Source: Phoronis australis (taxonomy: Eukaryota; Animalia; Phoronida). Taken from it: a stretch of 64,000 bases of DNA. The stretch is taken from assembly GCA_002633005.1 (NCBI GenBank), contig NMRA01000552.1, forward strand, positions 214,133-278,132. Reading direction: 5' to 3'. The first letter of the stretch is position 1; each line of letters starts with the position of its first letter. Made by a program: the position numbers and the translations under genes. This document shows positions 12,301 through 27,300 of the stretch, one piece after another. Under the pieces are notes generated by a model. It had not been told where the DNA came from and made no database searches. It worked only from the letters and a program-made list of their open reading frames with translations.

Positions 12301-15300
12301 TTTGCATGCCGTCACTACAAGAAATAAAACTGGATACCCTCAGGTAGTCACTCAAACATATGGTGACAGGTCTGTCTAAATTGGTCTGAAATACCATGTG
12401 GTAATTTAGCAGAACATTTCAACTGATCAGTAATTTCTCTGTTAGTGTGCACAAAACTGGTAGCCAAACTGACATTTTCCCTGTTATTTTCAAAGGCTGA
12501 GTTACGAAAATTTTACCAGGCTCTGTTTTATGAGTGGTGTAGTACTAGACATACTTACTACTTACTAATTTTACCAGGCTCTGTTTTATGATAGTGGTGT
12601 AGTACTAGACATACTACTTACTAATAAAGCAATAGTGTCATTGTGTTTATCTGGGAAATTTGACAAAATAAAGTGCCACTTGTCTGCCATATTGTGAGTG
12701 AAATACCTCATCAANATGATATTCTTTGACAGAGGAAAGGTTTATTGCCACTTTTAAGATACAAGGGTCATTGTGGCGTAATGTGAGCAAAACGCAGATA
12801 AAAAACAGTAACTCAAAGAGTCTACAGTTGCAAAGTTCTTTAGCAACAAGGCAAAAAAATGATTTATAAATTAATATCGCCTCTTCAATGCTGTCACAAT
12901 GCCAATGGTGGTATAAAGAATATCAAACACATTAATTACACAGTTACTTCTTGTTGTTTTGTAGGTGACACCTGATCCACACATAGTCAATTACATTCAA
13001 TGTAGATAAACTGACACAAACACTTGTCTCACCTTGTAACCTTTGTCCAACTCTGCAGACACCCGCTTGTGTAATCTACTTTTACTGAGTTTCACAGCCC
13101 TGCTCACACGTTCTGGCTTCAGCTCAACTTTATTTAATCCGGCGAACTGGAGCAAGAACATCGCTTTATCTTTGCATGCCGTCACTACAAGAAATAAAAC
13201 TGGATACCCTCAGGTAGTCACTCAAACATATGGTGACAGGTCTGTCTAAATTGGTCTGAAATACCATGTGGTAATTTAGCAGAACATTTCAACTGATCAG
13301 TAATTTCTCTGTTAGTGTGCACAAAACTGGTAGCCAAACTGACATTTTCCCTGTTATTTTCAAAGGCTGAGTTACGAAAATTTTACCAGGCTCTGTTTTA
13401 TGAGTGGTGTAGTACTAGACATACTTACTACTTACTAATTTTACCAGGCTCTGTTTTATGATAGTGGTGTAGTACTAGACATACTACTTACTAATAAAGC
13501 AATAGTGTCATTGTGTTTATCTGGGAAATTTGACAAAATAAAGTGCCACTTGTCTGCCATATTGTGAGTGAAATACCTCATCAATCATGCACAGCTTATT
13601 ATTATTAAGTTCTTCCATATAAAGATGTTGTGAGGCAATCAGAGATATCTTTAAGAGAACGAACGTGGAGAGTCAGACTAGAGAAGCTTTAAGGGCAACT
13701 TCAACACTGTTGAATACGGAAACTCAGTGTGCATTGAGTACTTAACTCTAACAGCCAAACAAACCTTTCAGAATACTCAGATCCATGAGCTAGGTACTGC
13801 TACAATATAAGGTTACATGAACACATGTTTAAAAAAAAACATTAAAAACACCAGTGCTAACTACCGAAAATCCCAGACATGATTTTTGGTCATTTTTATC
13901 AAAATTTTAGTTCAGAATACGGTAAATGACCGTATAAGAACTTTTTCACTATCAAAAAACAACATTTTGCAAAAAAATGCATGATCACATGACCACGAGA
14001 AAGGTAGTGTTGTGAATGACATGATCTGATTTCAATTGTCTCGATTCCTAGTTTCAGAAAACATACACTTTATCATTTAACTGCTGCTAGTTACTTAACA
14101 GGCAGTTCAAATGGAAGACAACATTTTAAATAGGAGTACACATATCCTGAATCATATCATCAAACCACTGGATGACTGTTTTACCAAATCCTGAACAAGA
14201 ACAATTTCCAATATTCTCTCATTTTTAATCGTATTCCCCTTGGATTGCGATTGATGCAACAGCATATTACCTAGACTGTCCATCGCCGACGTTGTGACTC
14301 AAATGTAAAATGGTTCTGATTCAGGATCCCAGTTAGAGATGTCAGATGAGGTAAGATGTATTTTAACTAATATCAGCCTCTTCATTCACCATCAGTATGT
14401 TAGTATTATTCTACTATAAGTTTTCTCAAAACTTAACTGACACTGAGAAATGCAATTCTCAAAAACTAGGCAGGGAGTCAAAAAGTTTAATTTCACATAC
14501 AAATTAGTCTTTCAAGCTTTTTGCAGACTTATTTTTATGTAATAATTGGACTTCATTCTGTATTTTTTAAAATACAACTTGTTTACCTGGTCTTTAATGT
14601 TGTCTCTGCATCTGAAATTCAAAACTAACCTGGATCCAACTTAAGTGGATCTTGAACATCACCCTTCTCCTCAGCCACAATAATCTTCTGTTTGGCTTCG
14701 ATCTTAAAAAAAAAACAATCATATGAGATAGTCACAATCACTCTGTCACATTTGAAATTCATAATTATAAAACAAAAGAAGGAAACTGAAGTGCAGAACA
14801 TGCTGCTCCTACATACCAGATATAATCTCAATGTCTCTCTAGGTCAGGCCTACATACCAGATATAATCTCAATGTCTCTCTAGATCAGGGCCCGGTCTCC
14901 AATCTTTTTACTCGAAATGGAACTCGAAATTAGGTTTGGCATTTTCTACTCTACTTTTGGACGAAATCAAGATAAGTGTCTATTATTCTATGCTCGAGTA
15001 CTCATTAACTTACGTAGATAATTTATTGCCTTTAGTTCACAGTTTGTAAAGTTAACCCAATATTAAAGCAATAAGTTCGAGTTTGAACTCGAAATTTCGA
15101 GTTTTTACTCGAGTTTGTAGCACGAATATAAGGGTCTCCAAGGGCAAACTTGAACTAGAAACTCCTATGCATAAACTATAACGTATTCGAGCACAGTCTG
15201 AAAACCAATTATCTTAAGTTCGCACAAAAGGAGCAGAGAAATTGCCAAAAATAGTTTCGAGTTCGTTTCGAGTACAAAGATTAGAGACCGGGCCCTGGCC

Positions 15301-18300
15301 TACATACCAGATAAAATCTCAATGCCTCTCTAGATCAGGTCTAAATACCAGATATAAGCTGAATGTCTCTCTAGATCAAGCCTACATACCAGATATAATC
15401 TCAATGTATCTCTAGATCAGGCCTACATACCAGATATAATCTCATTGTCTCTCTAGATCAGGCCTACACACCAGATATAATCTCACGGTCTCTCTAGATC
15501 AGGCCTACATACCAGATATAATCTCAGTGTCTCTGCCACTGTGTAGGCTTGCTGTATGCCTTCACAGATTTCTGATTTACAGTCACCTTTAGCTGGAATA
15601 AAAACATGCATTGATTAGTAGAAAACATCTGCAATTTTGGAAATATTTGCCAATTTATTAATAGTTATTCAGTCAAAAGATAAGCACAAGTCATTCCTTA
15701 AACGTGTTTTGTTAAATGCCATGCTCCACTGTCCTTAAACTGTCTTTATTGACATTTTCTCAAGTTTGTGCTCTGGAGCATTTTTAAATCAAGAAATGCT
15801 TAAAGGAAAACTTGCCACCTAAATACGTCATAGAGGGTATTCATAGGATGCAGCTTAATCATAATTTTTGAGTGAAAAACATTCAAATCCACAAATGAAT
15901 CGCTTTATCCCACCTGAGAGAAACTGAGACCATGATACAAAAACAATAATTCACTTTGTAACAGAAAACAAATCTCAATTTATTGGAATAAGCCTACAAA
16001 CGTCTAATGTTTCACACGCACATCAACAAAGTATTTGGAAATGCAAAGCGGCAACACAATAAATTTGACCCAAAATCTTCACTTAAAGGAAATAGAACGA
16101 GACAACTTATTGTGTTTTGCAACAAGGGCAAGATTTAAACTCCTCAGGAGATCTGGGTAGCCTCACCATAAACCTCCATCTCCTCCCTCAGTGGCTGTGT
16201 GTGCCAAACTAGAGCTGCAAACAGCAACTTGACAGCCTCGTCTACTTCAACCCCACCCATATTAGCTGTATTGCTCTGCTCCTTTAGTTTAGTTATCAGC
16301 TCCGTTCCACGACCTTCACGACCCTCAATCATGTCTTGTAGGAAGTGGTTCACACCCGAGTTAGTTACTTCTGTCTCCTACAGGGACAATAATCAATCTG
16401 AATTAGTTTAAGTACATATAACCTCTTACAGGCATTGCAGCAAACATAAACACAAATTTTTAAAACAACATGAAAAACGATATCCAAGAAAATTTCAAAA
16501 TATCTGACATAACTTTTTCAGTGTGCCATCTATAAATCGTGCAGTCGCTTATATGCAATTAATGTCTGATCAGCATATACATTAATGATAACTTGAATTC
16601 AGTTAATTTGAAAGGGTATAAATACAAAGAGCATGTGAAAAACAAAGATGCAATGCAAACTTTAAGCAGTAATTGTGCTGTGATCTAGTCAACATTCTCA
16701 ACATCTTATAAGTGGTAGTTACATGAATGCCAGACAGAGAGCGCTGCAGCTCGTGCACCATGAAGCCTCCCCTAAACAAGGTTGTCCAGAGGTCACTCTT
16801 CAGCAGCTGTGCTTGCGTCTCTTCCTCGCTGCCAGGCTCAAACGTGGTTGGTTTGGCTGGAATATTACAATAGAAATCTTGCCCTTAAAGTGTCTATAAA
16901 CTAGTTTTGCATCACAAAAAACAACCTTTGATTTAGACTACTTAGCGTTAGGAAATTGGTGTTGAAATTGGTGTCAAAAATGGTCTTTGGTCATATTGGA
17001 GGGGATTTCAGGGCTCACTGAAAGAACTAGCAGTACCAGGCTGCATAAGTTGGCTTGTTATAGAGTGTCAGTATAGGCAGCGATAACTGGCTCAATGAAA
17101 AATGAATTGTCAGTTCATTAAAAACCAAGAAATAACTTCTCATCCGACTAAGGAAAAAACTGCAACCACTTTTATAGCGGTAAGAAGCCTAAATGAAAAT
17201 TTAGCTCCTTAGACAGAACCCAGTTGCGTTAAGTTATATGGCATTGCCATCTGCAACTGTTAACACCAATGGTGACGTCACGCAACAGGTAAAGTTACCA
17301 CACAGACAAAGTGTTACCTTGCCCAACCTTGGAGGTAAGCTGTCAATTGCATAATGGATCAATACACGTGCCTTATCTTAAAAACCAGAACACTTGTATC
17401 AATTTTGCCATAAGGATGTCTTTAGACAACTATATAGCTTAGTACATAATTAATGTCATGTCACTTCTCCTACTTCTGACTGACTTAACCTAACGTTTTA
17501 ACAAATCACCTTTTTGTACACTGAGCACACTCCCACATATCCTGCCATACAGTTTAGAAAGACCTAGCTGGAAATCAAACATCCAGCATAATGGCACATC
17601 AGGACACCCCTTCGCAGTCACCTGAAAAGGCAAAAAGGACATTCACAACAGTTACCACGTGACATTACTGATATCTAAAAGAAGTTCTCGTGCACTTGGA
17701 TTCAAATAATATCCAGACAGCGCGGAAAAGTTTGCATACCTCCAGACTAAATCAGTGCTAGATCTACACAATGATTGTTTATAATCTTCAACATGTTTCA
17801 GGGCTGCAGATTTAGAGTGACCTTAAGGTCACATTGGACCAAATTTGGCTAACTTTAGAGAATCATATTTCAGAAATGGCTGCTCATATTCACATGACAC
17901 TTGTAGAAACTACGAGATATGTATTATTCTAGACTACAAAATGTGGTTAGGAATTATTTTCAAATGACCCATTTTTGCAAGTGAGAGGAGCTATCAAAAC
18001 AGGACATTCATGATTTTTCTGAATGACTTGCAAGTTGCATAATACAAAAACAAAATAATTTTAATAGGAAACAGTAACAGCGTTTTTTTAGATTTCATCT
18101 TGAACATTTATATCAACTTTGAACATCTTATTGGTACCAGTGTTTTGCTAAGAAATGTACCATTCCTTTATGCTAAATATTTTACTGAAAAGACATGGCC
18201 ACATTACCCAATTAAAGGCTGATTGGTGTAAAACTAAACATCTACAGACTTTCTACTTTCAGCAAATACGTACCATCACTGAGTTAAAATATAAAGTTTT

Positions 18301-21300
18301 GTATATAGTTGGCTTGTCCTACACAACCTTAAGCACACAACCTTAAGTCCACCCAAAACAGAATCGGTTTTCTAACACTGCAAATCATAAAATCAGCAAG
18401 GCGACCTTAACTTCTGTTTTCAACATTGGTATAGAGTTCAGAAATATCTGTCAGTCTGTCAGTCTTCACACACCTTGAACTTATAGCCCCACTCATTGTT
18501 GCTGCTATCTGAGTGGAACAGGAACTGTAGCCGATGTCCACCTTTAAACTGGACAATCTTGGGCCACTTCTCAGTGCATACTGTCTGGTCATAACGGGTC
18601 TTCACACCAAAAGAGTCTGTGAACTCCAAGTAGTCATACCTGTTAAGATGAAAATTTCTAAATGATTATCAGAATTGAATAAAACTAGTCTCAGAATCAA
18701 ACTAATGAGTAAACGTTATGCATTCATACATCTTAAGTCAGTTATTCTTAAATCTAAGAATTATTAAATTTGAACTCATGTTATTGAATGTGACCAGAAT
18801 TATGTTAAATTAGAAACAATTTCAGGCAGATTTTCACTATGCTTAGGTCATTTAAGCCATTAAAAGAAAAAAAATGCTCTAGCAACCTCAAATGTTTGGG
18901 AAAGTTTGAAAACTGTTAACACAGTCTGCTGAATCTGTAAGTAGTGTGAGTAATAATTTGGACCATGTGACAACTGTGGGGGAAAACTACCAGCTTGGAC
19001 CACAGGATCCGTTTTTGAGGAGTTTCATAAAGAATAGTGACTGGAGAAACCGATTCTGCAATACAGCAGGTGACCAAAACAGGAAGTAGTATCCTCAAAC
19101 AAAACTATACAATGACCATACCTCTTCTCTGTTTCACATCTGGCATCAAATTCCACAATGAACAAAGAGGCACCAGGACAACAGAATACCTGAAAAGACA
19201 AACATAAAACAATGGCACATGAGTTATAATAAATTCTCTGGCTTAAACATTTAATTATTTCATTTTAGAATAGTCATTATTCTGTGCTATATAACCCACT
19301 GTTAAGTCACATATTAGGTGTGTCCTGGTTGAAGGGAAAAATTGCAGTTATCATAAACTATAACTAATTACTACCCAATATTTGCTAATATTCGGCCCCA
19401 CTCCCCTTTGATGCTACATAGATGTGCAAATGGTTACCATCAGGACCATGCTGTCTACTTACTACACCTCACAAAGATCACCAGTGAAATCAATCACTGC
19501 TTTGACCAACTTCATTGTGCATGTGGCTGTGTGCTGTAGAGCACATTTCTTGCGAGGAAAGCGAGATCACACAAGTCTTCAGTAGACAGTGACATGCACT
19601 ACAAGCGAAGCACGTGATTGTTCCATCTTTCGTTAAGTGTCGTGCATTTATGGAATAAGCCCTGGTGAATTTGACAACAGAGAGACGCCTTTTAAAACAC
19701 ATTCAGTTCCATGATGTCTGCTTACTTGATCTCCCAAATGTCACAGGTAAAATCAATTATTACTTGTAACACCAACACCCCAACCATTTGGCCTCACCTA
19801 CCAACACCCCCTAACATTTGTCCTCACCCACCTTTGTTGTATGCTGATTGTTGTGATAGTTGTGTGGTGACTCTTCTTCCCAAACTCTCAGCACCACGTC
19901 ATCTGCTTGCATGCCCCTCCAGAGGTCACTATCCACCGTGTAGAACAGACCAGGCAACAGTAGGGATGTCTGCTGCAACTCAGTTAACATTGGCGTCAGC
20001 ATTCGAGCCATCTGCACTTTAGTGCTGCAATCCATCTTGTCACACAGATCAGTCTGACACAGAATCTGTCGAGAAAATAATTACAAAATCAAATAAAATA
20101 ACGATGATTATGAACATAAGATGTATGAAAACAACTTACCACATTTTATGTCAAGTTTTCAATTTATGCTGCCTCTCACAATATCAAGATGAATTTTACT
20201 TGGCATAACCACTCCCCCACTCCTATCATCTCTCACAGCGATACATTCAGGTGACCACGTCAAAAACGTTACATGCTGTTGTATGCACTAATTCTACATC
20301 CTGTATACTTACCATTTGTCTGACAACAGTTGAAAGAAATGTAGTCTCCAATTTTTTCATCACCTCTTCCCTCTCTTCCTTACCAAGTTCAGCAGTTCTG
20401 AACAGTTTACAGGCTTCTGTGGCTTTGTTAGTCACAAGGCTGCAATCTGCAAATATGGCCATGTTTAGATCAAATACAATCAACACAAGGAAAAATTATA
20501 GGAATCACTGCTACAAATAGACCACTTGGGGGTTTCCATACCTAGCAGAAAAGTGGTACAAAATTGCCACTACATTTACTACAATGATTATCGGTGAAAC
20601 ATTACTCATTCACATGCTGCCAAACATTTTCAATACACTCATCACTAGTATAACTCAACATACATTTCAACAGCAGTGATTCAGCCACGGCCTTGTTTAG
20701 CAGTGCTAAGCGTTTCTTGCACCAAACCAGCAAACTAGTCTGTAATGAGTTTAATAGCAACACCAGGGGTGTAGGCTTCTCCTGCGTAGGGGGGTCTCCA
20801 CTCAGAAAGAGACTGAACTCTTGTCCCGCTACGCAGATCAGAGTGTCCATGACATGCAAGACAGAGTCTTCATCAAATTCCTGAAGGAAAAAAGCAAGTT
20901 GTTAGTATTACGCATATTTTGAAACTCCTTACTCATACAAATTTCACAGAAGTTACAGTGCATTAAAATTGGGCTCAACTTGTTTCTTACCAGCCGGAAG
21001 TTATGCCAACAGGCAAAAATTAGTACATGGGATTGAACTCAACAAGTCAGAATAAATTAACAAAATTTATGCCTCAAGAGCAATATAACTACAAAATTTG
21101 AAAAAAACCTTGGTTTCGTGCTTGAACACTAGATAAAGTTAATGCTGCATTATCTGGCTTGTTTTACAAACTTCAAAGGACAGAAAACTAGTCAGCACAT
21201 TGCACTCTGTTCTGTGGAGCAACTTTTCAAGCAACATTATCTCTTCATTAGACTAATCTTTCCCGATACTTGTTTCATAGCCTACCAGAAAGTCAGAAAA

Positions 21301-24300
21301 TGACTTATCAGTACATACCTCAGCGGCATCTTGTGGCAAGTTCAACAAACTACTTGGGTCAACAGAACTGAAGAACTGACAGAGGGATTGGAAAATAAGA
21401 GATGTTGACTGTGACTGTTGAACAGCCTGAAAAAAGAAGAAACCAAAGGTGAATACACTGAATGAATAGCATGCTTTTTATGTATTTCCAACTTTCAGAT
21501 TTTCATCGTTTCGGTGTTAAAATTGAGTGTTTAATGAGACCTGAGATCCCGGAAGGGTATAAAATGAACAGTTAGATTCTGAGTTGTTTTTGGCTGCCTC
21601 AGGTGAAGTAGTAGTGTGACTTGACTTGTCAATTTGGTACGCTGGAGATAAACTCTGTATTTTCACACAATAGTGAGACACTGTGTTAGCTGTAGTTACG
21701 ACATGAATTTCAATCATGCCATGGAATTTGTTTGTTGTTCCACAAGAATATACAAGTTTGTGAGCAGCACCAGCAAAGACTGTGAAGTGCTGAATCACTG
21801 TCACAAGAGGACTCTATGTCATTTTCATTTCATTTCAAATTTCTAAGTTTGCAATAACTAAGAAATATACTTCTTTTCAAGAAATAACGAATTCGTTAAT
21901 AAATTTTCAGTCTCAAGTTTCAGTTTATCAAATATTTGCATGCTGAGTTCCCCATCCCAGTTGGCCAAATAACTTCATATTTTCCGATAAGCAGTGCCTA
22001 TTTTACGACAAGCAGTATAAAATAAGATGGGGTTTTGTCATGTAACTGCCTACAAACATTAAGTTAAGAATTATTGCAAAATACATTTTCTTATCAACAG
22101 AACTCTTGAAAATCATCCAGTAGCACCGTATTGTTACACAAAAAATAGATTACATTGTGGCAAAATTGCTCGTATCTATTACACTGCTTGTTGCTATGTC
22201 ACTTGAAGGTCCAAGTCATTGACACTTTTTAAAGAGAAAACACATAAGTGGTATTAGTTTTTTGTTACAGCCAGGTTTATAGGAAATTAGGACTGTAATC
22301 AACTAAAACAATACATAGGAATCTTAAAAGTACGCCAACATGTCGGAAATATAAAACTGATGGGTTTTTAGCACTTTAAAACTTCTGGATTGCACTGTAA
22401 CTACTGAAGTCCTGTTAAAGTAGAAATGCAACAAAGATTGACTAACAAGATAGTAAAGATCCAACTTACATTGGCTGTACTCATCATGTTGAATAACTGT
22501 TTTCTTCTGGCTTCCTTGTCAGGGAAAAACACTACAGCGCCTGTAAAACAAAATTTTTGAAGTTACATGGTTTGTTCTTTAAATGCATAGAATATCTAGA
22601 AGACAAGCAAACCATACTTAATTCTATGGAATGTTTTTCCAAAGTTAAAGGGGCATTTCAATACAATAACTGTTAATGTTTTAACAGAAGTGCTTTTAGG
22701 ATTAAAAACATTACCATGCTCATCTGACTTTGAATTGTTGCGGAATGAGCTGGCAAATTAAAGTGACATGAGCCATTTTCAAATTCGTAATTTTAAGGAT
22801 GACTACACCAATAAACTTTAAAGGTGATGGTTTTGATGTTTTGTTGGTTATGTTACAAGAGTGATTTTATGAGTCAGAGTAAATGACATAAATCGTTTTT
22901 CAATTTTTAGCTAGCTAAACAGGACGAGATGCAGCTTTAAATTTACCACAGACTAAGACCCTGATAACAACGCCAAGATGAAAACCACTTTTTGGTTTAA
23001 AATCATTACCACGCTCATACGACCATCAATTTGCACTAAATTGGATGCCAATTCAAGTCAAATGCGCAATTTTCGAAATTGTAAAGTAAAAGTTGGCCAA
23101 CCCTAATCAATTCTGAAGCATTTTTTGAGTGAGTGACAGTGATTCCATGTACTTGTTTGTAAGAGAAATAGAACCCTTCACAGTAACGAATATTATTGGA
23201 CCGATTTTATAACAGTAAACAGGGCTTGGAATGACCCATGACAAAAAAGAGGAAATTTTTACAGCCCTAAATACACATTTCAATTTCAACCATACCTCAA
23301 CAGATCGAAAGTAAACATTATTATCACAAGATGCCATGTCACAGTGTCGTGTTGGCAAAACGCACTCATCTTAAGCAGTACCTGACATCTATTTCAGTAA
23401 CAACAATGAAGGCAATTAGATGCAACAAAAATAATTTTAAAAATTAAAGTAATAAAGATAATGATGAAAAATTTGCACTGTGAGTGGCAGGAGCTTATTC
23501 TTGATTTGATGCAGGGAGACCTATTACTTTCAATTCTTATAATTACAATACAAAATTACAAAAAAAAATTGAAAATTGATCCATAGATTTTCTACAAAGC
23601 CTGAAATACATACACATTTAATTCCAACAAACAATTTAATTCCAATGCAAATGGAAAAAAATTCAAGACGAAAACCTGTGGCCCATACCCCAACTGTTAA
23701 CTATGGAAAAATGAAAGTCAAAAACAACATACTGTAAACTATAGAATGTATCAATCACAATCCTAAGATGGCCAAACTTTTCAGTTTCAAACAGTAATTA
23801 CAGGGGTTAATTGTTCATAAGCCATGATGGTGTAGAAGAAACTATGTGACAAGAAATAACTACCAGGACAATGAAAATAGGCTGGCAGAATTTGTAAACA
23901 GTGGCTTAGAACAATCAGATCATTCAGAATCTGTCACGTGATCACTTCTCTCGAACTCCAAAACTCCAGTCACAAAATAGAACACAAAAAATGTCAAAAT
24001 AAATTAATACATAAAAGGCAATTTAAAACACATTTGCAGTAAAGAAAATAGCACTTTGCATCCCGTTTCGGCGGGAAAATCGCACTCAGGCGGACAGGCC
24101 TAGCACTAGCAGCCAACGGCAACGGGCGTGCATGTGGGATCAAACAAAAGAATTTCATATATCATTCACATCCTACGATTCCGATCCAATGAATAACCGG
24201 TTATGATTGAATTTCCTTTCAGGAAGCGTTATTAAGGATGACCACACCAATAAACTTTGAAGGTGTTTCATCATTTTCAGTCTGTCCTCTGACTCCAACT

Positions 24301-27300
24301 TAGTCCAAGGCGACTCGGCCACGCACTCTGTAATCATTCCTCTCTCAAAGTTTACAGAGCACAAACCTTGTTTGTGAAGACATTGACCATTTCTTATATC
24401 CATTTTTTCCACGAAATATTCAGTCTACTTCACGCTCCACGCATTTCTGACCGCAGAATCGCACTATTTGTCACTGCGATTTTATACCAAATGCAGACGC
24501 CACTGATGAACCACGCTCTCCCAAGCACAGGCACTTGAATTTATCTGTCTGTTCCTCGATTGCCACTGACACCACCCACAATTAAGAAAACATGTTTCAT
24601 ATGTATAGTTACAAGACATCAGGAAATTCAAGTGCCTGTGATCCGCAATTACAATTTTCGTTCCTCCGAAACGTAAAGAGCAGTTTCCAATTTTCGAGTC
24701 ATCCACAACGCCGCAGTGAGAAACCAATTTGCCGCGATAATACGTGGAGGGAATAAAAGAAAAAAGCGGAAATCCGCGTTTCCACGGAAAATTCCAGCCT
24801 TGAGTAAAAGACCTAAACAGGACAATGCAACTTTAAAAAGATAATATCACCTGCTTTTGCCCGAACAACTAAAAACCACACAACGCAATGTACATTTAAT
24901 TTTATATCTCTATTATAAAAACTACACAATCCATAATATAATACATAGACATAATCAGGGCATGCTCAAGACATGATAGCTTCTGTGCGGTAAAATTCCA
25001 ATGGCTCAAAACAGACAATGGCTGCAAACTCACCATCAATAATAATTTGTTTAGCCAATTTCACAGCTGTGTCATCCTGTTCCCCAGTATCCACAAGGTG
25101 GCATAAGTGTCCGAAAATTTCTTGAGAAACATCCTGAAAAAGGACAACATGATAATGAGAAGGCAGTTGAAACAGTATCCTCCACACAAAAGATTTGCAG
25201 ACATCACCTTTTACAAGATCACCCTTTCAATCTCTAGTACAATGACCGACACAAGCCAGAAAACACTGGCAATCCCCAGAAGAGGAACCAATTCAATTAT
25301 GGCTATAACTCCTGGGACATAAGAACAACTCCAATATTACCAAGACAGACACAAACTACAAGTGAAACTTACATCCTCTGCAGACTTGGTCACATCAAAA
25401 TGTTGAAGAAGAGAGTGTAGCAAACTAAGCACAAGCTGTCGACACAAATCTGTACACTCTCCTTCCCTGCAATAAAGGGACATTGCTATTACATACAATA
25501 CTTGTTACCCATCACTCCAATGCACCAAGCACTACTCTAAGGGAGACACCCGCAAACTAACACATGAATGCCAAATGAAACTAGACTTCTCAGTACCTGA
25601 TATGTTGTCTGCATAGAAAACACTCATTTTCATGGACTATGAAATGATTTATATTCTGAACTATCAGTTTTGGAATTTTGAGGTAATGATACATAACATA
25701 CATTTCTTTATTGAATAGCTGCCATACGGACTGAAGTGTCAAATCACTTGTGTCCAGTGCTTGAGCTCGAGCATCGGAGATCTTCTGCGGACTCTGAAGG
25801 AAGTAAAGAGAGACCAATCGTTGTTACAGGAAAACCAGCAGAAGCTAACAATTTCAACATACCTAACAGAGTAACAGTAAAAGGGTGACATGAATAAAGT
25901 AATACCTTAACAATCCCAGAAAGCATGATACATGTCAACTGTTAAACATATTCTTAAAGAAACACTAGTCATTAAGCATTTACACGTCAAATAGGATGAC
26001 ATGTCGATTCATCAAATACAATCGTGTGGAAGTGGCATCACCCATCCTCCTTACGTCATAATAAACAAAGCTTGCAATGTTTACATTCAGGAAATCTGTT
26101 AGATATTGTTATGACGTAAGAACAGACCTGCTCTCGAGATAACTCCACAAGAAAGAACAGAGTGTGAAGAAAGACCATCTGTGCTGAGCATGTATCATCT
26201 GTAGGTATGGGTGCTGCCTGAACCTGAAATAACAACCAATGGACAACTCATGCATCAGAACCAAGTTGTGGCACTACAATATTTTTTCTGTACTAAATTT
26301 CATTTAGTTATTGTTTCTGTAGACATGTACTGCATAAATCACTTGAAGACTGTTAATAGTATACTCTTATCAATTATTAATCAAGGTGTGTAAACTCCTA
26401 TTAAAGTATATGTGAATTGAAATTTACAAATTTATTTACAGTTTTTAGTTGTGTAGAAAAGCTAATATCCTGCACTATTTTGAAACATTATGGACAGTCA
26501 CGAATTAAAACATTTTTTTTAATTTATTCATCCGAAATTGTTAATTTATCTCCATAATTCTCAAACAATGTAAACAGTTTTTGCACAAGACATAACTTCG
26601 AGGGTTGATTGAATAATTCGATCATCATCACTCAGTTGACAAAAATATTGCTTCATGTGGCATCAGGCTAAAGGAATCAGAGGGGCGTCTCATTTAATTC
26701 TTTCACACATCAGATATAATAGGTGCTACATACCAGGTCTTCATAACTGAGGTGGAGCAGAGCATGTGTGAACCCGTAAAATTTAATCTCTTCTATTGCA
26801 ATCTGGTCAGCACTACTGTCCCTGGGCTTCAGAAACTTGACAAGGATATACTGGACAAATATTAAACAAAGAATTTCACAATTTTGAATGTTTTAACATT
26901 ATTTAAATACACAGCATGGAAGACACTAGGGAAAACAAAAAACAAGGTATTGCCTAAAACTGAAATGATACATCAGTGGTCCAGTAATGTCTGAAAAAGG
27001 ATACATTTCTCGCATATTTTTTGTAAATCACCACAAACTTTTGTCAGTAGATTATTGCCACAGCGTCCAAGTCAGAGGTAAATAAATTACAATATGCAGA
27101 TTTAATTTACAAGTTTACAAACAGTGTAATTATTACCTTTCCACAGGGTATGCCCTGGAAAAACACCTCTGCTTCATCCCTGAAACAACAAAAACACTCT
27201 AAAATAAAATGAGATTTCTGACAAGTTTCGAAAAAGTTCAGGGACAGCAAGAGTGGTATTTATCATTGTATTTCGATATAACTATTTAAAATTACAATAT

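Larger units (their letters stand above)
11846..13584. repeat. 870-bp near-identical direct duplication across N gap (11846-12714 / 12716-13584)
   Basis: Copies differ by scattered SNPs and join at a single N (12715). Confidence 0.92.
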
